Shown: positions 13,528 through 27,801 of the stretch, in pieces
Numbering within the stretch: the stretch's first letter is position 1
Layout of the letters: each line of letters begins with the position of its first letter
DNA from: Octopus vulgaris
Lineage: Eukaryota
Assembly (NCBI GenBank): GCA_951406725.2
Contig: OX597821.1
Location: 94,798,001-94,862,000 of the forward strand
Direction of reading: 5' to 3'
DNA length: 64,000 bases
The notes under the pieces: model-generated
What the model was told of the DNA's origin: nothing
Seen by the model: the letters and a program-made list of their open reading frames with translations, nothing else
Database searches by the model: none
Translations under genes and position numbers: made by a program

Positions 13528-13670
13528 TTGGGGTCGATAAACTAAGTTTTCGGGGTCGATAAATTAAGTACCAGTTACTCACTGGAGTCGATGTTATCGA
13601 CTTAATACCTATGTCTGTCCTTGTTTGTCCCCTCTATGTTTAGCCCCTTGTGGGTAATAAAGAAATAGGT
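13528..13670 (+). mobile_element. SINE family C, 3' half
   Basis: TTTCGGGGTCGATAAATTAAGTACCAG...TTTAGCCCCTTGTGGGTAATAAAGAAATAGG. Confidence 0.85.
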
Positions 13671-14276
13671 ATTATTCTATTTATGCCGGAGGGATTAAAT
13701 TAAATATTTAGTCGACCATCAAGAGGTTCGAGATCAGAATTCATTGGGTTAAAACTAAAGTAAAAATGCTTTTAAAAAAGAAGTCGTTCACAAAGACGTT
13801 CTACTGTCTTTGCTGTTCAGCTACGTCCGGTGATGAAAAGTATTAGCCCTCTCTATCTCCAAAGACTAGGACATGGGTTCGCCCCTGACACATTCGTGAC
13901 AAATTTTGTTAATTACTTTCGTAGATTTCCTTTTTTAGTATTTCGCCCATGAGTGCCCGTATGTGGATGTAAGAAGCTTGCTTCTCACTGTCTCACTCCT
14001 ACTCTACACCAAACACAAACTTGGATGTGACATATCCTGGAGGCAAGTCCTGTTTTTAAGTACCTTTCTCCTACTATCAAGCCTGCCCACCACTGCCACC
14101 ATCACCTCCACCACCATCATCATCATCATCATCATCACTACTAAAACCACCATCAACATCCTCACCATCACTTCCACCACTAACACCAACGCTATTACAA
14201 GCACTACTACTGATTGAATTAAGCATCTTCTATCATGCAGTCTGTCTTATTTTTCGAGAATACAACGTTAAAATAC

Positions 14277-14327
<51 letters not shown>

Positions 14328-14731
14328 TCCACGTGCACATATGGATAGATGTGTGTGTACGTGTATTTGTGTATGTGTGTGTGTGTGTGTGTGTATGTGT
14401 GTGTGTGTGTGTGTGTCTTTATGCTTGCTCTTATCCCCAACCACCGCTTGACTATTGGTGTTGGATTACGTCACCACAATCTTGTGGCTCGGCAAATACA
14501 GCCGCTTGTATAAGTTTCAGCTTTTAAAACAATTATTAGAATCGCTTTGTTCGACTTAACCCATCAAGGCGGTGCCCCAATATGGCCACAGTCGCATGAT
14601 TGAAACACGTAAAAGATAAAAGCGAAAGAATCATATATACATAATATATATACATTTATATACATACATACATACATATCTTTATCTTTATCTTTATCTA
14701 GTTTCAGCTCACGAGCTGTGGCCATGCTAGG

Positions 14732-14821
<90 letters not shown>

Positions 14822-14823
<2 letters not shown>

Positions 14824-15131
14824 GCAGCTAAAGCCCAACCCCACGAATAAGAGTAATTTCAAAGGGAATGAAAAACAAAAAATATTTCTAGAGGGGGTAA
14901 CTATAAAAATATTTTTGTTTGTTTTTCATTCCCTTTGAAATTACTCTTACCTGTGGTTTGGGCTTTAACTGCCCTCTCTAGCATGTAAGGTATCCTGTTA
15001 CAGGTCACCTCTTGTGTGTATAACTAAGTACACTATTTTATATGAAAAATATGTTGTCTATTAACTTCATTACGCATGCTGGCCACTAGGCAGAAAATGT
15101 CTCTAAATTTTCTACCCTTATTATTTTCACT
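14822..15131. mobile_element. Fold-back element in (TA)n: palindrome 14822-14974 plus a unique tail
   Basis: GGGCAGCTAAAGCCCAA...TTGGGCTTTAACTGCCC with ~65-bp arms; same architecture as the other fold-back inserts. Confidence 0.6.
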
Positions 15132-15249
15132 ATATATATATGTATGTATGTATGTATATATATTTCCCTAAATATACACATGTATTGAAATTTTTTCAAA
15201 TTTTTTCTGATTTTTCACATTTTTTATACGCTAGGTTACTGGTTTTAAA

Positions 15250-15296
15250 TTGATATTAATTAAATTTATATTCAATTTATCTTCCTCATTATTTAA

Positions 15297-15334
<38 letters not shown>

Positions 15335-15385
15335 TTAAATAATGAGGAAGATAAATTGAATATAAATTTAATTAATATAAATTTA
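15250..15385. repeat. AT-rich palindrome centred on (TA)n
   Basis: ATATTCAATTTATCTTCCTCATTATTTAAATT-(TA)n-AATTTAAATAATGAGGAAGATAAATTGAATAT. Confidence 0.85.
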
Positions 15386-15424
15386 ATTAATACTGATAAA
15401 TTGAATATAATTGAATTTAATTAA

Positions 15425-15469
<45 letters not shown>

Positions 15470-15565
15470 GTGTGTATGTATGTATGTAAGTATGTAATGT
15501 ATGTATGCATATATATATATGATATATATATATGAATATATGTTATATATGCATCTGTATATGAA

Positions 15566-15609
<44 letters not shown>

Positions 15610-15640
15610 AAAAAAAGGAGATGTCGAACACGAGTGGTGA

Positions 15641-15949
15641 TATATAAAAAAGGAAATGAAGAAAATGCTGACAAATAATTGAAGTAATTTAAGTAATTTA
15701 ATTAGGTGAAAGTTCTTTTTACCGGTTGCGCATTTGTTATGCTTATCAAAATATAAAAGAGAGAATAGAGTTCCTTTCTTATAGAATTTTTCCTCTTATC
15801 AGATAAGAGGAAAAATTCTATAAGAAAGGAACTCTAATCTCTCTTTTATATTTTGATAAGCATAACAAATGCGCAACCGGTAAAAAGAACTTTCACCTAA
15901 TTAAATTACTTAAATTACTTCAATTATTTGTCAGCATTTTCTTCATTTC

Positions 15950-15958
<9 letters not shown>
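15641..15958. mobile_element. Near-perfect ~320-bp palindrome in (TA)n carrying an HHR variant in each arm
   Basis: Centre at 15801 with a 1-nt spacer. The + arm at 15853-15882 reads UUGAUAA-GCAU(AACAA)AUGC-GCAAC(CG)GUA. Confidence 0.75.
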
Positions 15959-15998
<40 letters not shown>

Positions 15999-16019
15999 AT
16001 ACCCCCTATGGCATTATAT

Positions 16020-16237
16020 ATTCTTTTCTACTCTAGGCACAAGGCCCGAAAACTTTAGGAGAAGGGGCCAGTCGATTAGATCGATCCCAGTACGCAACTG
16101 GTACTTAATTTATAGACACCGAAAGGATGAAAGACAAAGTCGACCTCTGTGGAATTTGAACTCAGAACGTAAAGACGGACGATATGCCGTTAAACATTTC
16201 GTCCGGTGTGCTAACGAGTCTGTCAGCAAGCCGCCTT
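16020..16237 (-). mobile_element. tRNA-derived SINE family C (MESC/Meta-like core)
   Basis: Head GGCGGCTTGCTGACAGA, B-box GAGTTCAAATTCC, core CTTTCATCCTTTCGG..GATAAATTAAGTACCAG. Confidence 0.85.
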
Positions 16238-16855
16238 AATCGTATTATATATCACATCATATCAAACTTTACACGAGAGAGATGTAATCGTCTCATCTTA
16301 CCAACGGGGAAATTAATCATTGCTTCAGAACAGGGTTTTTACTAGCATGTATTGTATGTCCTTGTCTAACGGTTAAAAAAAAAATTGTCGGTTCCCGTAT
16401 CTTCTTTTACCCAAAACCAGGAACTTTTTCAGCACTCCGTCGTGTATGTGTGAATGAATGCGTTTTCGCGTGTCTGTGCGTGTGCTTTTGTATGCGTGCG
16501 TGTGGGTGCTTTGTCAGTGATTGTTATTGTACCAAATGTATCGAATGTGTCGGTACCAGTTGTGATATAGTTACCATTGTATTCTTTCTGTTACTCAACC
16601 TTTCCAGGTCATCGCAGTCTCATTCATCATTAATGTTCTGTGGTAATCTGCACCGGGCGCAGCACAAGAAATTACATCATTCTTTCTTCCTTTTCTTTTT
16701 TCCTTCTTTTCTTTCTCCCTTCCTTCTTTTCTTTCATTCTTTTTATTGTTTTCATAAAAACTATAAATCATTATGGAACATAAAAGTCTGGAACATGATG
16801 GCTGTAAACAGGTGAATCATATTATTTCTATAAAAATCCAAATTGATTTACGTTA

Positions 16856-16896
16856 TAATAATAATAATAATGATAATAATAATAATAATAATAATA

Positions 16897-16958
<62 letters not shown>

Positions 16959-17046
16959 TAATAATAATAATAATAATGATAATAATGATAATAATAATAA
17001 TATAATAATAATAATAGTAATAGCAATAATAGTAATAATAATAATA

Positions 17047-17117
<71 letters not shown>

Positions 17118-17310
17118 CCTTTCTACTTCAGGTACAAGGCCTCAAATTTGTGGGGTGGGTGCTAGTCGATTACATCGACCCCAGTAGTTTTACTGGTACT
17201 TAATTTATCGAGCCTGAAAGGATGAAAGGCAATGTCGACCTCGGCGGAATTTGAACTCAGAATGTGAAGACGGACGATATGCCGTCAAGCATTTTGCCCA
17301 GGTCGCAGCC

Positions 17311-17371
<61 letters not shown>

Positions 17372-17424
17372 TAATAATAATAATAATAATAATAATGATA
17401 ATAATAATAATGATAATAATAATG

Positions 17425-17485
<61 letters not shown>

Positions 17486-17742
17486 TGATAATAATAATAA
17501 TAATAATAATAATAAGAAGAAGAATAGTAATCCTTTGTACTAAAGGTACAAGGCCAGAGATTTGGGGTGGGGAGCTAGTCGATTACGTCGACCTCAGTAT
17601 TCAACTGGTACTTATTTCATCGACCCAGAAAGGGCGAAAGGTAAAGTCGACCTCAGCGGAATTTGAACTCGGAACGTAAAGACGGACGAAATACCGCAAG
17701 GCATTTTGCCCGGCGTGCTAACGCTTTTGCCAGCTCGCCGCC

Positions 17743-17806
<64 letters not shown>

Positions 17807-17818
17807 GAAGAAGAAGAA

Positions 17819-17879
<61 letters not shown>

Positions 17880-18110
17880 AAGAAGAAGAAGAAGAAGAAG
17901 AAGAAGAAGAAGAAGAAGAAGAAGAAGAAGAAGAAGAACAGGAAGGGAGGGAGGGAGCATATCGATTACATCGACCTCAGTATTCAACTGGTATTGTTTT
18001 ATCGACCCTGGAACGATGTAACGCAAAGTCAAACTCGGCACAACGTAAAAACGGATGAAATGTCGCTAAGCTAAGTATTTTGTCCAGCATGAAAACGATT
18101 CTGCCAGCTT
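16856..18110 (-). mobile_element. Head-to-tail chain of three SINE C copies (17117-17312, 17530-17743, ~17940-18110) separated by (AAT)n/(AAG)n
   Basis: Each copy has the family C core and ends in (ATT)n or (CTT)n on the minus strand. Confidence 0.88.
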
Positions 18111-18199
18111 TATATGGCAATACATAATGATATGTGTTCTGCAGTCCACTCCACATTTCAGTTATTACCCCGTTTCATCTGACTATTGAGTGAAAATGG

Positions 18200-19100
18200 C
18201 AACATCAAATCTTGCTTCTATCCACCCGAAGGTCCAAACCGTTTCAAACACCAAGTAACTTGACCTGACGGTCGGTCCAGTGTCCCACGATGATCTCCAA
18301 TCGGTGCCGTGCGGCAAGGCCCACTCTGATTCACCTAAGTCAGTATTTGTCCCTTTCCACAGCCTCTATAAGAGACGATACCGACCACCTCGACTTCCGT
18401 GGTGTGTTACACTACTAAGGCCACACCATCCGCATATGCTGACACAACGTATGTGGGTAACTTTCGAACGGGGAAACCACTCAACAGATCTACTTTTCGC
18501 AGTAATAATAACTCGAAAGTCGGTACATAAGAGACGATAGTGACCACACTTGATGGATTGAGCTTGTGGCTTGAAACTGTCCCTAAAAGCCACCATTTAC
18601 TATGACTACCAAGTAGATGTTGCTGTATGTTGAGTGGAAATGATACTACCTCTGAAAACAGGACCGCCCACTGGTTGCACTAAAGACAGTCATCAAATAT
18701 CGAAAGCAATCGATCGATCGAAATTTATTGCAACCTACCAAAGCCAGGTCTGCTATTCACCCTTTCTGAAAGGAATTGCATGTAGTGGGGTCTTCATAGA
18801 AAGATTTGCATGGGGTCGGACGAGCCTGTTCTTTCTCTGATACACTAATAGCGACAAATGCCATCCTTCTTGATAAATCCTTGGTCAAAATCTTAAACTC
18901 TGCCTTCAACAAAACAATGGGGTAAAAAATATAGACAATATACTCCTCTCTGTGTCTTTTTTCAATAGTGCAAACAACTTACCATATCGCAAACCGGTAA
19001 AAGCAACAACGACGGAAAAATACAACACAAGCCGGATATCCAACGGTTGTAAATGTGACAGGCGGCTATCGAGCATTAAGGAACTCTATGAGAACGCAAT
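18200..19100 (-). pseudogene. Heavily decayed L1/Tx1-clade LINE reverse transcriptase
   Basis: Ordered motifs LLKAEFKILTKDLSRRM, INFDRSIAFD (LDQSKAFD), VIVNG, SAYADGV (YADD) and WTDRQVKLLGV; many stops and frameshifts. Confidence 0.75.
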
Positions 19101-19358
19101 TATCAATGTTCCTCACCTACGTTCTAATTCAAAAGAAGGCGTACTATGTGCCCTTTCTTAACATAGCTTTAAAAAAGTAGTAAATCCGATTAGATCTACC
19201 GGATCTACATAGAGAGAGAGCTGAGTGGTTGTGTAGCACCCTACAGTTTCCATTTTATAGCTATCAAGATGAAGCGTATGTTTATTTCGGGAAGCAATGA
19301 AATGTTGCACAAGTATTCAAGCGTGAGTGCGCTGTTTTTTTTTTATATAAGAAACAGC

Positions 19359-19419
<61 letters not shown>

Positions 19420-19421
<2 letters not shown>

Positions 19422-19637
19422 TTATTTTACTTGTTTCAGTCATTTGACTGCGGCCATGCTGGAGCACCGCCTTTAGTCGAGCAACTCGACCCCGGGACTT
19501 ATTCTTTTTGTAAGCCCAGTACTTATTCTATCGGTCTCTTTTTGCCGAACCGCTAAGTGACGGGGATGTAAACACACCAGCATCGGTTGTCAAGCAATGC
19601 TAGGGGTACAAACACAGACACACATACATATACACAC

Positions 19638-19706
<69 letters not shown>

Positions 19707-19867
19707 TATGACAGGCTTCTTTCAGTTTCCGTCTACCAAATCCACTCACGAGGCATTGGTCGGCCCGGGGCTATAGCAGAAGACATTTGCCCAAGATGCC
19801 ACGCAGTGGGACTGAACCCAGAACCATGTGGTTGGTTAGCAAGCTACTTACCACACAGCCACTCCTA
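19420..19867 (-). mobile_element. SINE family A, full-length
   Basis: A-box TGGCTGTGTGG, B-box GGTTCAGTCCC, internal (TA)/(TG), 3' tail. Confidence 0.93.
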
Positions 19868-20397
19868 TATATATATATATATAATGAATATTGAATAAGG
19901 GTACAGGAATTATGTCTCAACTTCATTAATTTACTGAGGTTTCTGCAATAAAATGTAGATCACTCAGAGCTGAGTTCTTGAGGAAAATTTTATAGCTTCC
20001 ATCTGGATCTAAAATGAGCAATAAAAACAACAACATCCGTGATGCAGGAACAAGTCAGTGCAATGAGATATAATGGGAAAAGAGTGTCTGCAATTCACAA
20101 AATATAAATGAAAATATCAGGATGTAAGGATGTTCTATGCTAGCTCCGGCAAAATGTACTTAAACAGGCAATAATGTAGTAAAGCTGCTCTGCAAATAGC
20201 TAGCTGTCCACTTTCAGTATGCTCAAACGCGGAAGAAAAAATGAGAAGAAAAGAACGAAAAATGTATAAATCTTCATCTGTCTTAGAAAATGATAATGTA
20301 AAAAGTATCATGAAAATGTTGCACATAGAACGTTCACCGGTATCAAAATCTTGACATTTTCCAAAACAAAAATAGTAGTAAGAGAGTATTTAAATAT

Positions 20398-20972
20398 TGG
20401 TTTCAAATTTTGGAATAAAGCCAGTAATTCCGGGGAAGAGGCGAAGTCTCTTAGATCGACCCCAGTGATCAACCGGTACTTATTTTATTGACCCCCGAAA
20501 GGATGAAAGGCAAAGGCGACCTCGGTGGAATTTGAACTCAGACGAAATGCCGCTAAGAATTATCTCCTGCATACTAACGATTCTTTTCTACTCTAGACAC
20601 AAGTCCCGAAATTTTGGGGGAGGGGGCCAGTCGATTAGATCTACCCGAGTACGCAACTGGAACCTAATTTATCGACCTCGAAAGGATAAGTCGATCTCGG
20701 CGGAATTTGAACTCAGAACGTATAGACAGACGAAATACCTATTTCTTTATTACCCACAAGGGGCTAAACACAGAGAGGACGAACAAGGACAGACAAACGG
20801 ATTAAGTCGATCATATCGACCCCAGTGCGTAACTGTACTTATTTAATCGACCCCGAAAGGATGAAAGGCAAAGTCGACCTCGGCGGAATTTGAACTCAGA
20901 ACGTAACGGCAGACAAAATACCGCTAAGCATTTCGCCCGGCGCACTAACGTTTCTGCCAGTTCGCCGCCTTA
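20398..20972 (-). mobile_element. Cluster of three nested/tandem SINE C copies
   Basis: Core repeated three times; two different 3' tails; intact head at ~20970. Confidence 0.88.
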
Positions 20973-21459
20973 ATAGCGTATTTAATTATTATTGCTATAC
21001 CAATAGCGAATTGCAATAACATTGGCATAACAGAAAATGTAAGGACCTACGTCAGCCTAACTGTGAAACTAAAAATTTGAGGGCAGGTAAAATATGCGCC
21101 TATCATTTTTTTGTAACAAATGCAACTGGAGTAACGCACCATTATTTCTGTTAGGACTTTGACATACGCCTATCTGTCCTTAGAGATAATAAGTACGTTC
21201 CAGAAAATAGCAGTGCTAGGAGCTGTATACATTGTTACAGCAAATTTACATTGTATTTTGCTTTGTAGATGTTGACTTTGAACATTCTCATTAACTTACA
21301 ACGAACACTTTTGTGAATGAAGTCCCTGCAACGGCCACAGCTATTACAAGGAAGATAACCGTTTCGCCATTTCGCCAAAATTCAAAGCACGATTAGAAAT
21401 TTGAAATTGAAATTAAAGAAATTTAAGGAAAACGGAGTCTAGAATTCGTAGTCACAGTC

Positions 21460-21585
21460 GTGGCATAGTCATCTAGGACAAGTCTTCTACTCTAACCGCA
21501 AGCTGAACCAAAGCCTCGTGAGTGGATTTGGTAGACGGAAATTGAACGAAGTTCGTCCTATATATCTATATATATATATATATAG

Positions 21586-21665
<80 letters not shown>

Positions 21666-21873
21666 ATTTCCTTGTGTATGTCTTTGTTCTCACTCCACCG
21701 CTTGACAACCGGCGTTGGTGTATTTATATCCCCGTTAGATAGCGGTTCGGCAAAAAGGACCGATAGAATAAGTGCCAAGTATTAAAAAATGTACTGAGAA
21801 TCGATTCATTCGACTAAAATTCCTCAGAGCGGTGCCCCAGCACAGCCGCACTCTAATGACTGAAACAAATAAA
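21460..21873 (+). mobile_element. SINE family A, 5'-degraded
   Basis: GTGAGTGGATTTGGTAGACGGAAA-(TA)(TG)n-...GCGGTGCCCCAGCACAGCCGCA. Confidence 0.85.
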
Positions 21874-22295
21874 GGTATATATTCTACATATTCTACCACG
21901 GAAGTAACAACTAGCCAGGTGTTGACATCGACACCGATGCCCCTAAAAGTGAGCTTTGTCTTTTTTGTTCCAAATACTGTGAACAGGTATTTCCCCTGCA
22001 AATTGGTAGTTGAAACACTTTTATTTCCTTGCTCTATTTTTTAAAATAACACATACGGTGCCATATTTCTTTCCTTTTCCAATAAAGATTTAGCATAAAA
22101 TATATGCCAGAGTCGTGTCCTAACCTTCCATTCTTGGCCTAGGCAACACATAATTAATCTACAGTACTCTCTTCGTACACCTCTGAGATGGATTGTCGTA
22201 GACTGGCGCCTCACATACAGAGAAAATGCTGGCGAGTTGTTGTTCTTTCAGTAAAATGTCCATACCAAGAAACGATTGTCGCAAAAAACACTTAG

Positions 22296-22672
22296 GGAGA
22301 ATATCTTTTTGTTACTCATTTATAGATTTGATGTGATATAAACATTAATTGTTGTTGTCAAACATGTTTGTTTTGTTATATTTTCTGTTGGAATGTTGAA
22401 ACTATTTTTTTTGCCAAATTTTTGTTTATTAATGTTTTTCTTTTTTACATTGTTTTGAGTGAAATATCCATACAGAGAAACGTTTGTCTGAGAAAAAAAC
22501 GCTTGGGAAGAATATCTTTTCATTATTCATATATAAATTTGATGTAATATATGCATGTATAATACTTTTGTTGTTGTCAAACATGTTTCTTATACTGTGT
22601 TTTCTGCTGGAATGTTAAAACTTTTTACTTTTTCCGAGAAATGCTTGTTTTATTAATATTTTTCATTTTTAC
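22296..22672. repeat. Diverged local tandem duplication (~210-bp unit)
   Basis: GAATATCTTTT..ATTTGATGT..TTGTTGTTGTCAAACATGTTT..TTTTCTG.TGGAATGTT occurs at ~22299 and ~22510. Confidence 0.85.
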
Positions 22673-22874
22673 AAGTACAGTCTTTCTTAGAAGTGTTACT
22701 GAAGAATGAAGATACTTTTTACTTTAGCGTTAAACTAAAACCGGAGGACTAAATCTAGAAATATTTCTTTAAAATTCTGGTAAGGTTCAAAATGTTCAAT
22801 AAAGGTTCCTGTGTGACATAATACTTATAAAGTAGGACTGACGGAAGTCAACAGAAAATAACAATAATAGTGAT

Positions 22875-23311
22875 TTCAAATTTTGACACAAGGCCAGCAA
22901 ATTCAGGGGAGGAGCTAAGTCGATTAAATCAACAGCAGTGCACAACTGGTACTTAGTTTATAGACTCCGAAAAAAATTAAAGGCAAGGTCGGTCCCGGTG
23001 GCATTCGAACCCTAGCGTAAAGGTAGACAAAATGCTACTAAGCGTTTTACCCGACGTGCTAACGATTCTGCCAGCTTCCGCCTTAATAATAATGGTTTCG
23101 AATTTTAGCACAAGGCCAACAATTTCGGAGAAGGGATAAAGGGAAAAGTCGATTACATAGATACTGGTGCTCAACTAGAACTTATTTTATCGACCCCCAA
23201 AAGATAAGTCAAAGTCGATCTCGGTGGGAAGTGAACTCAGAATGTAAAGACGGACGAAATGCAACAAAGAATTTTGTCCGGTGTGCAAACGATTCTGCCA
23301 AGTAGCCGCCT
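22875..23311 (-). mobile_element. Two tandem SINE C copies
   Basis: Heads (..TTCTGCCA..CCGCC) at ~23083 and ~23310; cores present. Confidence 0.85.
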
Positions 23312-25476
23312 TTTTAATGATATTAATAGTAACAACATTAACAAGAGACAAAATATTTTAGTGAAACGTGAGTCGATAAAACTGATATCAGGAGTACATG
23401 ACTTATGATCATTTTATCGTCTCTGTGGGGACAAAAGTCTAAGTTATTTAGTACTTTATTCTATCATTGCTTGTACGAGGTCATATATTTACATAGGAAC
23501 GGTTACAGTTGGTAAAATCGATACTTAGTATATGTCATATTCATTTAATTGAAGCTGACACAATAACATGTATTTTGAGGGTAGGAACGGTCGATTAAAT
23601 TAACCCCTATAAATTAACTGATTCGTATTTTGCAGATACAGCACCATAACCAATGAAGGATCCCCGAAGCGTGCTTATTGCTTGTTGAAAACTATCTTGT
23701 TGGCCATACAGAAATGAATAACAAATTTCGAATAACTAACTCCAGCTTGGTGAAATTCGAACTCAGGAAGTAAACGGATGTAACAGAATGCGGTAAAGCA
23801 TGTTGTCAGAAGTTCTGACAGCCATGAGATCAAAGAAACAGTGAGTGATCTCTTAAGATTGAAAAGAGGGTGGACAAATTGCTATGTTTAATGAAGAGAT
23901 GGTTAAAAAGTTTAAAGCAAATTAGTCCAGCAGCATGGCATTGATAAAGACAAGGGTTAGGGTAAAAAAAATTTCATTTATATTTTAGGATTTGGTAATT
24001 GTCACTTTCAGAATCATTGGATCGGAAGATTCATTAAAGATTTCTTGTAGTATTGCTTTATGTTGTGAGTTCAAAACTCGCCACTGAGATCAAATCTGTC
24101 TTTCATTTTCTTCGGAAAGAGATTATAAAGTACCGGTTGAGTACTGGGGTAGAGTTAATCAGCTAATGCCATCCTCTACCAAAGTGTTTACCTTGTAATA
24201 ATATGAAAAAAAAGTTATTATTCAATTGTCACTCGGTTCAAAAACTTGCAGTGTTTTGAACCATCACTCTACAATTTTCTCGACTCAGAACCACAACAAT
24301 TTTGCCATAAAAGGCAATGTGTTTCCATAAAAGGCCTTAATACCAGTGTGACTATGGCTCAACCACTGACCATTGGCTGATTTGTTATAGTTGATACGGC
24401 AAACTTTAAAGGAAGTGTACGAGTTTTTTCCACCAAAAATCTTGATGGACAGTTCTGGAAATTTGTCTTACGGTTATAAAAAGCTATGAACTTCAACCTC
24501 AGGCTAGGGCACCCAAGCAATTTGCACACAGCTATGTCAATTTGCTCAGTGAGACGGTCTTTTGCCTTCTTCTACTTTTTCATACTTGTGTCGTGTTGAA
24601 CAAAAAATACCAACCTTAGGTTGTAACATCAAATCAAACTTATATTACTCATCTGCAGTAGATCAATTACTTTCTACTTATTGCGTTTTCAATATCTATG
24701 AACTACTTTCATATTATCTAGCATATTGTATTACAGAAGACTTCAAATTATACCATTTGTTATCGCATGAATATCGTCCATTAAATCGAATATTGTACGT
24801 GCGTAAATGTAAACGACACAGGTTAATAATAATAATAATAATAATCATAATAATAATAATAATATATTGAAACTCAAATAAATGCTCGTGTGATCATTTT
24901 CCGTTGCACACGCAACCTAGCAAATGTTGTGAACAACCAGCGAAGGATTAGTGATTAAAATTTATACTAAAGAAGCATTATGGGAACTATTATTGAAGCT
25001 AAGTTCATATCGAGGCAGGTATTGTGGATAGGTTCATATAGAACTAAGGATGCTGTTACTAGTCGATAATTGATTAAAGGTTACTGTGGCCAGGTGTAAA
25101 TTGAACTAGGAGTTTTACAGTTATTTGTAAATCAATCCAGATGTAGTAGCGTTGCAAGGGACCTTATGTAAATTGAACGCAATCGTTATTCTAAGGTAAA
25201 TAAACTAAAAGTGACTCACCTCCATCTATTTTGCTAGCTATCATTTCTCTCTTTTTCTCTCCCTCTCACATACATCATTCTTTCCAAATATCTCTCCCCC
25301 AATGCACTGCCACATACCTCCTCCTTCTCCCACACATACGTTTGCGCAATAACAACTCTTAATAGAAAACCATTATCGAAAAAGATTTTAAAAAAATTTA
25401 ATCCCATATATTACGAAATATTGAGATAACTGCTGCTGTTGTTTATTTTAATACTAAATAACAAAATTCTGATTAC

Positions 25477-25520
<44 letters not shown>

Positions 25521-25783
25521 ATGATGATAATGATGCCAGAATAAATAAATGAATTAATACAAACAAGGATTTCTGATGTTTGTTATAAATAGAATCTGAA
25601 ATAACTGCAACAATGTCTGTGGATTAGCAAACTGGAAATAGAATCTAAATTATTACTATTGTTGTTATCGTTGTTTCTGTTGTTGTTGCTGCTAGTAGTG
25701 AAGGTGCTGGTGGTGTTGATGTTTCCATAAAGAGTTGTTCGGTTTGTTATTGCAATGTTTATGCTTATTCATAACGTAATTGA

Positions 25784-25839
<56 letters not shown>

Positions 25840-25895
25840 GTGTGTGTAAATGCGTACATGTAATTTTACTTACACATAAGCATAAACATACATAC

Positions 25896-25947
<52 letters not shown>

Positions 25948-26148
25948 TGTTTACGTCATAAGAATTTAGAAGCTTCGAGAGATATGAAATAAACTGATGT
26001 ATCTAAAACAGAGGAACTCGAAGTGGATAAAGCTATAAATAATAGCATATAGAATATTGGTTTAAAGAAAAAAGTCGAAGGATTTACTGGGTCACGAATC
26101 CACATCTGAGAACATGACAGATGGTGCGTTATTATATATGTAATATAG

Positions 26149-26193
<45 letters not shown>

Positions 26194-26194
<1 letters not shown>

Positions 26195-26370
26195 GAGGGA
26201 GTACTGAAAGTTCGTGGCTTTAAGGGTGTCGCGAACCATCCGAGTTCTTTTATTCTTTTACAGAGTTTAGAAAGACTGAAGGGCCGCTGCAATGTTGAAT
26301 AAAATCCTAATTAACTGATCCTCCTGTATTTTCTTTTACCCAAGGCCAGGAACTTTCCAGCAACCACTCG
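26194..26370. mobile_element. Tc1/mariner-type MITE
   Basis: TA-CGAGGGAGTACTGAAAGTTCGTGGC...GCCAGGAACTTTCCAGCAACCACTCG terminal inverted repeats; homolog at 26990-27216. Confidence 0.75.
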
Positions 26371-26989
26371 AGTGAGTGTATGGGTGTATATATATATATA
26401 TATATGGTACACCTCACAGGGATTTTGGATCAGTGAAATTGTAATAAAAGTATATCATTTTTCTAAATAACTATATAGGCCTTTGACCTCGTTTTGAAAA
26501 GAAAATAACTGGCTTCATTCTGGTTTTATGGGTCCCTGAGAAGAAAATTCGGGAACAGATTTGACAATTGTGAAACGTAGATGAATAAATTATCTTATCT
26601 TTGTTGACACTGTTATGCAAATTGGACAAATCACTTACCCTAAGGCCTACTTTGTAGACACTATAATTAACGATGACCTACAAATATTTCTTTGGATAGA
26701 GGTGGCTATTTTCACCTCTCATTAACGTTTAAGGAAAATATAAATTAATCAGATCAGCCTCAGTTTTACAGACTGCTACATAAATTTTAAGTGTATTAAG
26801 AAGGAATAATTTACGATTCATACACGCGCATAGGCGCGCGTAAACATAAACGCGCACACACGCATACATACTTAGACATATGTACGTGTATATGTGTGTA
26901 TTTATGCATACACACATTCATACACAAATAGTTACCGATATGCAGTAACACACAAACAAATCATGAGCCTCCAATCGCACAGAATCATA

Positions 26990-27216
26990 CGAGGGGTGGG
27001 ATTGGTTGAATAGGTCCTGCTGTTAAGGGTGTCGCGAAAGGCCTGGCTGGAGCCTCAACTTTCCAAGTTCTTTTACAGGGTTTAGAAAAAAAAATTATGG
27101 GCTGCCAGAGTAAGTGAGGGAACCTAAGAGGGAAATATGTTGAATAAAATCATAATTAACTGATCCTTCTGTATTTTCTCATACCCGAAGCCAGGAACTT
27201 ACCAGTAACCCTCTCG
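26990..27216. mobile_element. Tc1/mariner-type MITE (same family as 26194-26370)
   Basis: TA-CGAGGGG...CCCTCTCG-TA; shares TAAGGGTGTCGCGAA and TGTTGAATAAAATC..AATTAACTGATCCT with the other copy. Confidence 0.75.
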
Positions 27217-27239
27217 TACACGGATATGCAAATGCATTC

Positions 27240-27358
27240 ACACATACATACATACATACATACATACATACATACATACATACATACATACATACACACA
27301 TACATACATACACACATACATACATACATACATACATACATACATACACACACACACA

Positions 27359-27390
<32 letters not shown>

Positions 27391-27565
27391 CATACATACA
27401 TACATACATACACACACACATACATACATAATACATACATACATACATACACACATACATACATACACACATACATACATACATACATACATACACACAT
27501 ACATACATACATACATACATACATACATACATACATACATACATACATACATACATACATACATA
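27240..27565. repeat. (CATA)n microsatellite
   Basis: Direct reading. Confidence 0.98.
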
Positions 27566-27682
27566 GAGATATACATACATCTGTATATGTATTTGTATGT
27601 TTTATACGCGTGTTTGGAATACCGGTAAATTTATGTGCATGTTACATATGCGTGAAGCCTGTGTGTCGGGTGTGCGCGCAGG

Positions 27683-27714
<32 letters not shown>

Positions 27715-27747
27715 GTTGTAACGACTTGGACGTTAATACACACTTGC

Positions 27748-27801
<54 letters not shown>

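Noticed and set aside
24240-24600. Non-repetitive stretch with ~50-65 codon open frames on minus
   Set aside because: No identifiable motif or splice signals.
25960-26150. Faint GIY-YIG C-terminal-like WIKL..GL pattern
   Set aside because: Requires several frameshifts; too weak to call.
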